Source of the DNA: Rhodothermales bacterium
Lineage (GTDB): Bacteria > Bacteroidota > Rhodothermia > Rhodothermales > BA12
Assembly (NCBI GenBank): GCA_963815505.1
Contig: CAWFGU010000021.1
Coordinates: 8,676 to 72,675, forward strand
Length of the DNA: 64,000 nt
Reading direction: 5' to 3'
Under the pieces are notes generated by a model. It was not told where the DNA came from. It saw nothing but the letters and a program-made list of their open reading frames with translations, and did no database searches. Positions 8,898 through 18,003 of this stretch are shown here, piece after piece (position 1 is the stretch's first letter; each line of letters starts with the position of its first letter). The position numbers and the translations under genes were made by a program.

Positions 8898-10202
8898 GTG
8901 GACTACCGCTTTCGCATCGCCCGCCGCTACCTGTTCAGCCGCAGGCGCGCCAGCGTGATCACCGTGATCACGGCTCTGTCGACGGTTGGCGTGGCCATCG
9001 GTGTGGCCGCGCTGATCGTGGTACTGTCGGTAATGAACGGCTTTTACGGCTTCGCGCGCGACCTGCTCGTCTCGCTGGATCCACACGTACGCATTACGTC
9101 TGCCGGTGGCATGCCGCAACCGCGCGCAGATTCGGTCCTGACGCTCGTCTCGGGCGTGGACGGCGTCGTCGTGGCGGCGACGTATGCCGAGGGTAAAGCG
9201 CTCGTCGTGCCCGACGGGCCGCTTGCCTCGACGCAGTCGACCAACAAAATCGTTGTCGTGCGCGGTGTCGATTCGAGCGCGTTCGAGGCCGACCCCAAAG
9301 CATCGGGCGCGTCGCCCCAATCGCCGCCGGGCGACGGGAAGTTGGCACGTCAGCCGGGCGCCTTACCGGGCGTGTCTATCGGAGGGAGCCTGTCGAGCCG
9401 GTTGGGGCTGGTTCCAGGCGTCGGTCCCTACAACGGAAGCACGCTGGGGTTGCTGTCGGCTCCTGCCATCGAGCGTGCGATCACGTCGCCCTTCGCGCCG
9501 CCCGGACTGGTCCGCTTCGAAGTCCGCGACGTGTTCGACATGGATCCCGCCTACGACGAAAGCCACGTGTTCGTCGATCTGGCCGAGGCTCAGCGCCTGT
9601 TCCGTATGGACGGCGAGGTGACCGGCGTCGAGTTGCGGCTAGCCGATCTGGAAGAAGCGCAGGCTGTCGCTGCCGTCGTGGGAGCGCGGCTGGCCGAGAC
9701 GTTCCAAGACGACGAGTCATTTGTCGTCGAGACGTGGTACGACCTCAACCGCGCGTTCTACGACGTGATGGCACTCGAAAAGTGGGGCGCGGGCGCCATT
9801 CTATCGCTGATCGTGATCGTGTCGGCCTTCAACATCGTCGGCTCGCTGATGATGATCGTGATCGAGAAGCGCCGAGACGTGGGCGTGCTGGCGGCGATGG
9901 GCGTGCCGCGTTCGGGCATCCGGCACCTTTTCCTGCTAGAAGGCGCGCTGATCGGCCTAATCGGCGCGGGCGGCGGGCTGGTGCTCGGGCTTGGACTGGC
10001 GCTGGCCCAGGCGAAGTGGGGCTGGGCGAAGCTGCAGGGCAGCGGCGGCGCGTTCCTCCTCGACGCGTACCCCGTCGATGTGCAGGCGGGCGACGTAGTC
10101 GTGATCGCGGTCGGCGCATTGGCGCTGTGCCTGGTTGCAGCGCTCTATCCGGCGCGGCGGGCGGCGGCGCTCTCCCCTGCCGAAGCGGTGAGCCTGGCAT
10201 AG
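8898..10202 (+). CDS. LolC/LolE-family ABC transporter permease (FtsX/MacB-type)
   Basis: GTG start. FRIARRYLFSRRRASVITVITALSTVGVAIGVAALIVVLSVMNGF, a large periplasmic domain, and a C-terminal FtsX 3-TM bundle ending YPARRAA. Confidence 0.85.
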   Translation: MDYRFRIARRYLFSRRRASVITVITALSTVGVAIGVAALIVVLSVMNGFYGFARDLLVSLDPHVRITSAGGMPQPRADSVLTLVSGVDGVVVAATYAEGKALVVPDGPLASTQSTNKIVVVRGVDSSAFEADPKASGASPQSPPGDGKLARQPGALPGVSIGGSLSSRLGLVPGVGPYNGSTLGLLSAPAIERAITSPFAPPGLVRFEVRDVFDMDPAYDESHVFVDLAEAQRLFRMDGEVTGVELRLADLEEAQAVAAVVGARLAETFQDDESFVVETWYDLNRAFYDVMALEKWGAGAILSLIVIVSAFNIVGSLMMIVIEKRRDVGVLAAMGVPRSGIRHLFLLEGALIGLIGAGGGLVLGLGLALAQAKWGWAKLQGSGGAFLLDAYPVDVQAGDVVVIAVGALALCLVAALYPARRAAALSPAEAVSLA

Positions 10203-10473
10203 TTCGATCGACTGTCGTCCTCGTGGACGCGCCCGGCCTGCTTGGGAGACCTTCCCGACGAAATCAACAAGCACAGACAGGGCAAAACGGGAAGTCTTTC
10301 ACGGTTTATTCCCCCGACGACGGCGATGAGACTTGGAGGCGTCACCAATAGAGCGTAGCTTTTCAGGCTCAAATGCAGAGACTTGCTAGGGGCCGCCGAT
10401 GCGCGGCCCTTCGTATCTCCGCCCTCTCGACTTTCATTCCGCGGCGATTCGGTCGCCCCTTTCTCTCGACGCC

Positions 10474-10713
10474 ATGCCCCGCAAGGATCAGCTCACCGGC
10501 AAAGGACCCGTCTCGGGCAACCACGTCTCGCACGCGCACAACAAATCCAAGCGCACGTTTGCGGTGAACCTGCAGAAGAAGCGGTTCTACATCCCCGAGG
10601 AAGACCGGTGGATCACCCTGCGCGTCTCGGCGACGACGATCAAGACGATCAACAGCAAAGGCATCTCGCATGTCCTGCGCCAGGCGCGCAAGAAAGGCGT
10701 AACCGTCGCCTGA
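10474..10713 (+). CDS. rpmB: 50S ribosomal protein L28
   Basis: Internal ATG 10474: MPRKDQLTGKGPVSGNHVSHAHNKSKRTFAVNLQKKRFY... Confidence 0.95.
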   Translation: MPRKDQLTGKGPVSGNHVSHAHNKSKRTFAVNLQKKRFYIPEEDRWITLRVSATTIKTINSKGISHVLRQARKKGVTVA

Positions 10714-10770
10714 AGCCGTTTGTCGCAATTCCGGGCCTGATCGCCCATACCTTTTCTCTACTACGATCCG

Positions 10771-10941
10771 ATGGCCAAGTCCAAAGACGTTCGCCTGAAC
10801 ATCATCCTCGAATGCACCGAGGCGCCGGGCACGTCGCGCTACGCGACCACCAAGAACCGCCGCAACACCACCGGACGGCTCGAACTCAGGAAGTACAACG
10901 CCAAGCTGCGTAAGCATACGCTCCACAAGGAGATCAAGTAA
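10771..10941 (+). CDS. rpmG: 50S ribosomal protein L33
   Basis: Hand-translated 56-aa ORF, below the track cut-off: [56 protein letters not shown]. Confidence 0.95.
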   Translation: MAKSKDVRLNIILECTEAPGTSRYATTKNRRNTTGRLELRKYNAKLRKHTLHKEIK

Positions 10942-11009
10942 GCGCGTCGCGCGTTCGCCCTGTTCCAACCACCTGATCCCGCTCGCCGGGACTCAATCCC
11001 CTACCCGAA

Positions 11010-11177
11010 ATGGCAAAGGTTAACAAAAACCAGCGGACCGACCGCGGTAAGAACCGTCAGGAAAACAAGATGGCGAAGATCGTCGTCGCCGAGAAGAAGG
11101 AGAACGGTCAGTATCGTTTCCGCCAGAAAATGGTCAACGTGGACAACGTCCAGGCCGAGCTCAAAGCCGCTAAGTAA
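11010..11177 (+). CDS. DUF4295-family small basic protein (conserved partner of rpmB-rpmG in Bacteroidota)
   Basis: Hand-translated 55-aa ORF MAKVNKNQRTDRGKNRQENKMAKIVVAEKKENGQYRFRQKMVNVDNVQAELKAAK. The position directly after rpmG is typical. Confidence 0.75.
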   Translation: MAKVNKNQRTDRGKNRQENKMAKIVVAEKKENGQYRFRQKMVNVDNVQAELKAAK

Positions 11178-11240
11178 GTAGCGGCACACTCTGCTCTCGT
11201 TCCCACCTCCCAGGCGGATTAGGAACGAGTCGGAGACTTT

Positions 11241-11314
11241 CGGGGAGTGGCGCAGCCCGGTAGCGCATCTGCTTTGGGAGCAGAGGGTCGTCGGTTCAAA
11301 TCCGGCCTCCCCGA
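11241..11314 (+). tRNA. tRNA-Pro (anticodon TGG)
   Basis: Folded by hand. Acceptor CGGGGAG/CTCCCCG, D arm GCGC-AGCCCGGTA-GCGC, anticodon arm TCTGC-TTTGGGA-GCAGA, variable loop GGGTC, T arm GTCGG-TTCAAAT-CCGGC, discriminator A. CCA is not encoded (followed by CCC). Confidence 0.9.
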
Positions 11315-11340
11315 CCCAGTCCGACAGGACATCCCAACTC

Positions 11341-11380
11341 GAAGCCGCCCTTCCGTTTGGAAGAGCGGCTTCGCTGTTTT
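11341..11380 (+). terminator. Intrinsic terminator after the rpmB-rpmG-DUF4295-tRNA-Pro unit
   Basis: GAAGCCGCCCTTCC-GTTT-GGAAGAGCGGCTTC followed by GCTGTTTT. Confidence 0.65.
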
Positions 11381-11461
11381 ACAGCGCGGCGACTGGACGG
11401 GCGGAACGTGTCGCCCTTCGACTTGCGGATTCGAGGTGCGACAGACCTGACTCACAACTGC

Positions 11462-12964
11462 CTACTCCTGCGGATACGCCTCGCCGTAGAGGGCGCGAGC
11501 GGCAGCTTCGTAGGTATCGCCAGTAGTCCAGACGGGACGCTGATCGGCGTCGGCAATGAGGCGGGCGGCGTGAGCGTAGGCCTGGACGAAGCGGTGGAGA
11601 TAGCCGAAGTCGAAATCTTCGTCGGCTTGGTCGGCGGCGCGGTGGTAGTAGTTAGCGACGCCGGGCAGACTGAACGAGGTGAATCCGGGGCTAAACGTAG
11701 GTGCCGGAATGCCGTTGCGGGCGAGCGACACGTTATCCGATCGGTCGAAAAGGCCTTGCTCGGGACTGGGGTCGTCGAGGACAGCCAGGCCATAGCGTGC
11801 GGCTCCTCGGGCGATCATCGCGTCGGCGGTCGTGCGGCCTTTGCCGATGAGAGTGATCGCCGTCGTATCGGTGTAGCCTCCGCCGTCGATGTTGAGGTTG
11901 TAGACGATCTGGTCGAGTGGGACAGCCGAATGATCGGCGAAGTAGGCGCTACCGATAAGGCCGATCTCTTCGGCGGTGTAGGCGACGAGCAAGACAGACC
12001 GACGAGGCGGATCTTGCGCGAGCGCGTCGGCGGCGGCGAGCAGGGCCGTCGTGCCCATCCCGTTGTCGCGGGCGCCGTTAAAGATCGAATCGGCGGCCGT
12101 GGCTCCTGCTCCCGCGTTCATGCCCGCGCCCAAGTGGTCGAAGTGGGCAGTCAGCGCCACGTACTCTTCGCGCAACTCGGGGTCGCTGCCTGGCACGACG
12201 GCGACGACGTTGCTACTCGACGGAGCGTCGGTCATCGACATGCCGGGCGTGACGATCGACGCTCGGGCGCCGCTTCGCAGGGCGTCTACGGCGTCGCTTT
12301 CCGTCACCCAGGCGTGCGGAAACGTCAGGTCGTTGGCGTCCGGCATGATCTGGGTGCGCGGTCCGGCGAGAAAGCCGCGCACGCGGTCCCACGGCACGCC
12401 CGAGCCATAGACTTCGACCAAGGCGATGGCGCCCGAACGCAGCGCCAACTCGCGCTTGGCCTCAACCACGCCCAGTGCCGCGCCGACGCCCTGCCCGTCC
12501 GGCGTCCCAATCGCAGCGACGGCGATTTTGCCGCTCGCATCGGCGTAATCGCTCGCGTCCATCCCGAAGCCGACGAAGACTGATTCGCCCTCGAACGTCC
12601 CCGCACGGCCAGATACCATCACCAGTTCGCTCTGAGCTACAGCGTTTCCATCGACTGTGAGCGTGGCGTCATCCGGCGAGCCGAGTTCGACGAAGAGGAT
12701 CGTCTGCAGGTAGCCGCTCATGCTTGACGCGGGTACCGCACCGGCATCGCGAAAGCGCCGGGCGATGTAGGCGGCGGCGCTGTCGTTGCCCGGGGTGCCC
12801 GTTCCCCGCCCCATCAGCGCGTCCGAGGTGAGGTAGCGGATGTCGGCGGATGATTGGGCCTGGGTCAGACGATCTTCGGGCGGCCCGGCGGACGCGTCGT
12901 CGGCTCTGGGGCCGGAGCAAGCGGTGAGCGTGAAAACTAAGACGAAGAGACAGCGCACGAGCAC
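11462..12964 (-). CDS. M28-family aminopeptidase with PA domain, lipoprotein
   Basis: Zinc-ligand context ALTAHFDHLG, GARDNGMGTTALL, VAYTAEEIGLIGS. A GTG at 12964 gives lipobox (M)LVRCLFVLVFTLTAC. The tracked ORF extends to 13048, so the start is uncertain. Confidence 0.8.
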   Translation of the reverse strand: MLVRCLFVLVFTLTACSGPRADDASAGPPEDRLTQAQSSADIRYLTSDALMGRGTGTPGNDSAAAYIARRFRDAGAVPASSMSGYLQTILFVELGSPDDATLTVDGNAVAQSELVMVSGRAGTFEGESVFVGFGMDASDYADASGKIAVAAIGTPDGQGVGAALGVVEAKRELALRSGAIALVEVYGSGVPWDRVRGFLAGPRTQIMPDANDLTFPHAWVTESDAVDALRSGARASIVTPGMSMTDAPSSSNVVAVVPGSDPELREEYVALTAHFDHLGAGMNAGAGATAADSIFNGARDNGMGTTALLAAADALAQDPPRRSVLLVAYTAEEIGLIGSAYFADHSAVPLDQIVYNLNIDGGGYTDTTAITLIGKGRTTADAMIARGAARYGLAVLDDPSPEQGLFDRSDNVSLARNGIPAPTFSPGFTSFSLPGVANYYHRAADQADEDFDFGYLHRFVQAYAHAARLIADADQRPVWTTGDTYEAAARALYGEAYPQE

Positions 12965-13057
12965 GTGGGATGGATGAACAGGCAAGGTAGTATAGAAAAA
13001 GCCGAGCCGGTCACCGGGACCGACTCGGCTTCGAGTTGCCAGGAGCACGCTATGTCG

Positions 13058-15193
13058 TCAGATCGCCTTGACCAGCGACAGCGTGTGACGGCCACTCGGC
13101 GTCGTGACGACCAGCAGATACGCGCCCGAGGCAACCGAACGACCAACCTCGTCGCGACCATCCCACTCGATCGTCGTGTCGTACAAGGTGCCCGGAGGCA
13201 GATCCAACACGCGCACGCGGCGGCCCATCAGGTCGTAGACGACCGCTTCGACGAGCGACGCGTCGACGGGTTGGCCGAGGCGAAGCGAGATCGAGACCGT
13301 CGTGCGGAACGGGTTCGGGAAGGCGTGCAGTGCGGCATCGCTCGACTCAGCAGGATCTTCTATGCCCACAGCCGTCGTCTCGTCGACGCAGGCCATGCAG
13401 ACTACGCCGCCTTGTGCCGGTTCGAGGGCGAGAAATGCCGAGTAGAGCGAAAGGACGCGCTGATCGAGACTGAAGCTGAGTATCTCGTTGATCTTGTCGT
13501 TGGACTGCGCTCCTCCTTCAAGCGCGCGGATCTGATAGCCGGTCCACATGGCGGCGAGCGTGCTGTCAGAACCTGTGGCTTCGGACGCGGCGACCGAATA
13601 CCGCTGAGAGAACGGCTGCGCTTGATACAAGCCCGAAAGCTCGGTGACGAAGGGGAAGTCGCCGAAGTAGCGACCGATCTGGAGGATGGGTCGGTCGGCT
13701 GAGATAGCCTCGGCGCCCTGCTCAACCCCGTAGCGACCGTACGTAAATCCGTTTTCGAGCGTAGTGTAGAGGTCGAACGCCGAAACGAACCCGCTCAGCG
13801 CGTCGATACCCGCCGTCAGCCCGTCGGCAAACGACGTGTTGCTCGTGCGCGTCGCGGTGTAGGTGCCGCCCGACAGCTTGGTCAGGTTGAGGAAGAGGTA
13901 GCTGTTGGCGACGAATGTCTGGCCGCCGAACTGGTAACTCGTCAGATTGCGGTCGGCGAAATCGACGGCGTGGATGGGCGGAAGCGCCGCGTTGGCGCGC
14001 AGATCGTCGATGATCTGGTTGGCGACGTTGGAATTGCCGAACTGGTCCGAACTCGACAGCACGAGCAAGCTCCCGGACCCGCGCGACGTAACAAACGACG
14101 TGCTCTGAGCCAGCAGCGCGGGCAGGCTGCTGTAGGTGCCGATGCGGTCCGCCGTCATCGCGTCGAACGTAGCGTTGACGGTCTGCGCGTCGGCCGGGAG
14201 CCAGGTATCCGAGATGCGCTCGACGCTCAAGCGCGACGTAAACACGTTGAACGAGTCCGCCGCCGAAAACGTCGACAAGATCTGGCTGCGCAGAGCATCG
14301 AGAATCTGCTGCCGGTTGACGTTGGTGCGCGTAGCGTCGTAGTCGATGGCAAACGCCACCTTGCGCGAGCCCGTGACGCTGAGCGCCTGAGACGGCAGCA
14401 ACGCCATCTGGTACCAGCCGCCGCCTCCCTCGCTCGTCTTGCTGACGAACAGCCCGTTCGTGAGCGGCGCGTCGACGGCGAACGTGAGGCCGCCGCCCAG
14501 CAGCGATCCCGGCACGTTGACGTAGTCGTAGGTCCCAAACTCGGCGTTGGTTGTCGTGCGGAACGCGGTACCTGGCGCCTCAACCAGTTGGGGGTTTTGT
14601 CCCAGCCGACCCTTCCACGTCAGGATGGGCAACCGGTCCAGCGCGCGGCTCGATGACCGGAGCATATTGGTCGGAATCGGCGCCGTGACGGTGCGCTCGG
14701 TCCACGTGGCAGGCATGAGGAAGGTTAGCTTCACCTTGCGAGATTCCGAGCCGAGCATCGGAAAGATCCGCAGTTCGTAGCGCCCTTGCCCTCGCTTGAA
14801 CAAGATCGACGGGTCGCGCCGCTGCCCGACGATGTCTTCATAGATCGTCGACGCGCTCCACTTGTCTAGGATGTCGGCGCGGATGATTTCGTCCTCGACC
14901 CAGAGCCACGAATCGGTCACGACGGCTTCCTCGGGCAGCGTGAAGAAGTACTCGACTTCGAGCTGGCGCGTGCTGTCCGACGCGTACCGCGATCCCTGCG
15001 CCGAAAACGTCAGGTAGAGGCCGTACTCCATGAACAATCCCTTCGGCCTGACCGACAATACGGCCTCCTCGATCGTGCCCGGGTCGCGTATGCCGTTGCG
15101 GTTGGGATCGAGCACCCGCAGGTAGTCTTGGGCGATGGCGGGCTGAACGGCGAGCGCGAGCAGGAACAGCGAGAGGAGACGGAGAGCCGACAT
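13058..15193 (-). CDS. Secreted VIT-like/vWA-like protein with T9SS C-terminal sorting domain
   Basis: Signal peptide MSALRLLSLFLLALAVQPAIAQ. Mid-region VAFAIDYDAT...LLVLSSSDQFG resembles a vWA fold. C-terminus FPNPFRTTVSISL...YLLVVTTPSGRHTLSLVKAI is a typical Por/T9SS CTD. Confidence 0.6.
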   Translation of the reverse strand: MSALRLLSLFLLALAVQPAIAQDYLRVLDPNRNGIRDPGTIEEAVLSVRPKGLFMEYGLYLTFSAQGSRYASDSTRQLEVEYFFTLPEEAVVTDSWLWVEDEIIRADILDKWSASTIYEDIVGQRRDPSILFKRGQGRYELRIFPMLGSESRKVKLTFLMPATWTERTVTAPIPTNMLRSSSRALDRLPILTWKGRLGQNPQLVEAPGTAFRTTTNAEFGTYDYVNVPGSLLGGGLTFAVDAPLTNGLFVSKTSEGGGGWYQMALLPSQALSVTGSRKVAFAIDYDATRTNVNRQQILDALRSQILSTFSAADSFNVFTSRLSVERISDTWLPADAQTVNATFDAMTADRIGTYSSLPALLAQSTSFVTSRGSGSLLVLSSSDQFGNSNVANQIIDDLRANAALPPIHAVDFADRNLTSYQFGGQTFVANSYLFLNLTKLSGGTYTATRTSNTSFADGLTAGIDALSGFVSAFDLYTTLENGFTYGRYGVEQGAEAISADRPILQIGRYFGDFPFVTELSGLYQAQPFSQRYSVAASEATGSDSTLAAMWTGYQIRALEGGAQSNDKINEILSFSLDQRVLSLYSAFLALEPAQGGVVCMACVDETTAVGIEDPAESSDAALHAFPNPFRTTVSISLRLGQPVDASLVEAVVYDLMGRRVRVLDLPPGTLYDTTIEWDGRDEVGRSVASGAYLLVVTTPSGRHTLSLVKAI

Positions 15194-15261
15194 GAATCAA
15201 GGGGCTAGAGCGAATACACCCGAAAGTACGGTGTCCATTCGAATCCTCGTTAGCCCCTACG

Positions 15262-16809
15262 TTATGCCCTGACCATCGCCGCGTCTGCTTTGGACTGCTG
15301 TTTCCCAGCGTCCTCGCTTGGCCCGGCGATTGGCAGCGTCAGCGTGAACGTGGCTCCTCTGCCGAGGATACTCTCGACTCTGACGCTTCCGCCGTGCAGC
15401 CGGGCGATGCGCTGAACGATGGCGAGGCCCAAACCTGCCCCTCCGCCGCTCTCGCCCGACCGACTCGGATCGGCTCGAACGAAGCGCTCGAACACGCGAG
15501 GCAGCACGTGGGACGCGATCCCCTCGCCGGTATCGCGGACCGAAACGTCTACCGTCTGCCCGTCGGCGCGCGCTACTTCCACATCGACCGTGCCACCGGA
15601 CGGAGTGTGACGCACGGCGTTGTCCATAAGATTGGCGAGGGCGCGCTCGACCAGGGCCGCGTCGAGGCGTACGAGGGGAAGCCCCGACTCGGACCGTGCG
15701 CGCAGCGTCACGCCTCGGTTTTGGGCTTGCACCTGCAACTCGGCGGCCACATCGTGTGCCAGTTCGGGCAGCGCAGAAGGCTCGAGCGACGGCTGGATTT
15801 CGGCGGCGTCGAAGCGGGCCAGATCGAACAGGTCGGACACCAGCCGCGAGAGCCGATCCGAACTGCGGAGCGCCTGCCGAACGTAGTTGGCGCGGTCGTC
15901 CGAGTCGATACGGTCGGCCATCACGTCGAGCGTTTCCAGATAGCCCCGCAGCGCGGCGAGCGGACTGCGCAAGTCGTGGCTCACGTTGGCGACGAGTTCG
16001 CGGCGCAGCGCGTCGTTGCGCCGCAGCGATTCGACCTGCGTCTGAATGCGCTCGGCCAGCGCATTGAACCCGCCTGACAGCCCGGCTACTTCGTCGTGCC
16101 CGTCGATAACCGCCCGCGCGTCCATCTGCCCTCTCTCGAACAGGGCGACCGTCTCTCTCAGCCGCGACACGCGACGCGTGATCCGACCGAAGAGGAAGAC
16201 GCCTGCGATGGCCGTCAGAACGAGCGCGAGTGCCAGGCCCTGCCACACGGCGTGCGCCATCACGTCGGACCGGATGACCCCAGCTACGGCATCGTAGCGC
16301 TCGTTTTGCAGGATGAGGTAGAGGTAACACCCCTCCTCGCCCATGATTCGAATCGGCGCGACGCTGAACGGGCGCACGACGTTCACGCGCGCCGGATCGA
16401 CGCCTCGGATTGGCAACTCGGCTCCGGCGAGAAACGCGTCGAGCGGACCAGGCGGGATCATGCTCATCAGCGGACGGCTGCGCGAATCGGTAAACCACTC
16501 CTTGATCATGCCAGTGCTGCCGAGCAAGTACACGTCGATGCGGCGATTGTCCATCGTCAGCCGGTCGATGATCGACTGGATCGCCACCGAGTCGATGTCC
16601 GTTTCGAGGTGAGGTTGGAAGCGAGGCGCCAGGAACGCAGCCAGATCGCGGTTGAGCGCTTGGTCGGCGGCTTCGGATGCGCGGTCGAACGCGCGCGGCA
16701 GCGTCAGCACGAGCGACACGCCCAGCACGACGAGCAGCAACAGAAACACCGCCGCGACACGCGTCGACAGCCGCCGCGTGAACGGAATGTGCGAGGTAGA
16801 ATCAGGCAT
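15262..16809 (-). CDS. Sensor histidine kinase (2 TM, HAMP, HisKA, HATPase)
   Basis: Start ATG 16809 (MPDSTSHIPF...) overlaps the regulator stop by 8 nt. H-box VANVSHDLRSPLAAL, N-box LMDNAVRHT, G-boxes DTGEGI and GGGAGLGLAIV. Confidence 0.85.
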   Translation of the reverse strand: MPDSTSHIPFTRRLSTRVAAVFLLLLVVLGVSLVLTLPRAFDRASEAADQALNRDLAAFLAPRFQPHLETDIDSVAIQSIIDRLTMDNRRIDVYLLGSTGMIKEWFTDSRSRPLMSMIPPGPLDAFLAGAELPIRGVDPARVNVVRPFSVAPIRIMGEEGCYLYLILQNERYDAVAGVIRSDVMAHAVWQGLALALVLTAIAGVFLFGRITRRVSRLRETVALFERGQMDARAVIDGHDEVAGLSGGFNALAERIQTQVESLRRNDALRRELVANVSHDLRSPLAALRGYLETLDVMADRIDSDDRANYVRQALRSSDRLSRLVSDLFDLARFDAAEIQPSLEPSALPELAHDVAAELQVQAQNRGVTLRARSESGLPLVRLDAALVERALANLMDNAVRHTPSGGTVDVEVARADGQTVDVSVRDTGEGIASHVLPRVFERFVRADPSRSGESGGGAGLGLAIVQRIARLHGGSVRVESILGRGATFTLTLPIAGPSEDAGKQQSKADAAMVRA

Positions 16810-17563
16810 CGCTTCCAGGTTGTGCCGTCGGCGCCTCACCGACGTGTCCCTGCGCCGAGCCAAAGCGGTAGCCGATGCCCCACACGGTCTGGACGAACGT
16901 CGGATCTGCGGGGTCCGGCTCAATCTTGCCCCTGAGCCGGTTGATGTGCGTGTTGACCGTGTGCGCATACCCCGCATACTGGTAGCCCCAGACCTGGTCG
17001 AGCAACTCCTGACGCGTGAACGTCTTACCCGGCTGACGCGCGAATAGGGTCAAGAGCTGCAACTCCTTGGCCGTCAACTCGGCCGGTACGCCCTCGATCT
17101 CCACCTGCCGCATCGCCGGTCGTACGACGAGCGCGCCGAACGTCAGCACCTCGTCGGCCGGATCCTCGGGATGCTCAAGTTGGACGCGCCGCAGCAGCGC
17201 CCGCACCCGAGCCACGACCTCACGCACGGAGAACGGCTTGGCGACGTAATCGTCCGCCCCCGTCTCCAACCCGTGAATCCGATCCGCCTCAGACCCGCGC
17301 GCCGTCAGCATGAGAATCGGCAGCGTCCGCCCCGACGTCCGTAACCGCTCGCACACCTCGATCCCGCTCATCCCCGGCATCATCCAGTCGAGCACCAGCA
17401 AGTCAAACTCACCTGAGAGCGCATGTTGCAACGCCAGCGCCCCGTCAGCCGCCGTCGTCACCGACATTCCAGCGTCAGAGAGATGGAGATTGAGCAGCGC
17501 CGAAAGGTCCGCATCGTCCTCGGCGACGAGGATGCGCGCGGGTTGGAAAGAGGCGTCGGACAT
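16802..17563 (-). CDS. OmpR-family response regulator
   Basis: REC domain ILVAEDDADL...DLLVLDWMMPGMSG...KP, plus a winged-helix C-terminus TVNTHINRLRGKIE...VWGIGYRF. Confidence 0.9.
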   Translation of the reverse strand: MSDASFQPARILVAEDDADLSALLNLHLSDAGMSVTTAADGALALQHALSGEFDLLVLDWMMPGMSGIEVCERLRTSGRTLPILMLTARGSEADRIHGLETGADDYVAKPFSVREVVARVRALLRRVQLEHPEDPADEVLTFGALVVRPAMRQVEIEGVPAELTAKELQLLTLFARQPGKTFTRQELLDQVWGYQYAGYAHTVNTHINRLRGKIEPDPADPTFVQTVWGIGYRFGSAQGHVGEAPTAQPGSDA

Positions 17564-18003
17564 GGAGTAGGAGTGGATAGCAATCAGAGCAGAAGCGAAG
17601 TCCGGCCTGAAACGGATCGGCGATCGGATGCAGGGTGTGGAGCTATCGCGAGGGCGGATCTGGGATCCATCCTCGCTTAGTGGTCGAAGCGCAGCGCCCG
17701 CCCTAGACGAAGCCGGGAGCGGATCAGGACAAAGAGACGACGCACGTCAGTCCACCAAAGTAGCCCGAACGGACGCAACCGAGCGTTCCGCAATTCTAAC
17801 AGAGCGCTTTGAGAGCGCGTCGCAGATGGTTCAGGCTGCCACGTCCCCCGATCCCGATCAAGCCGAGGACAGACCGATACGCTCCTCGCGCCGACGGCTT
17901 GTGGCGGTGTTGACGAGAACGCTCCCCCGTTCGCAAACAACGTCGTCGCCGTTCCCAGGCTACATCGTCAGTAGCTTCGGGCATCACGCCTCAGCCCCAT
18001 CCG

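Noticed and set aside
10369-10968. 199-aa minus-strand ORF spanning the rpmB-rpmG region
   Set aside because: It overlaps two unmistakable ribosomal protein genes on the opposite strand, so it is a shadow ORF.
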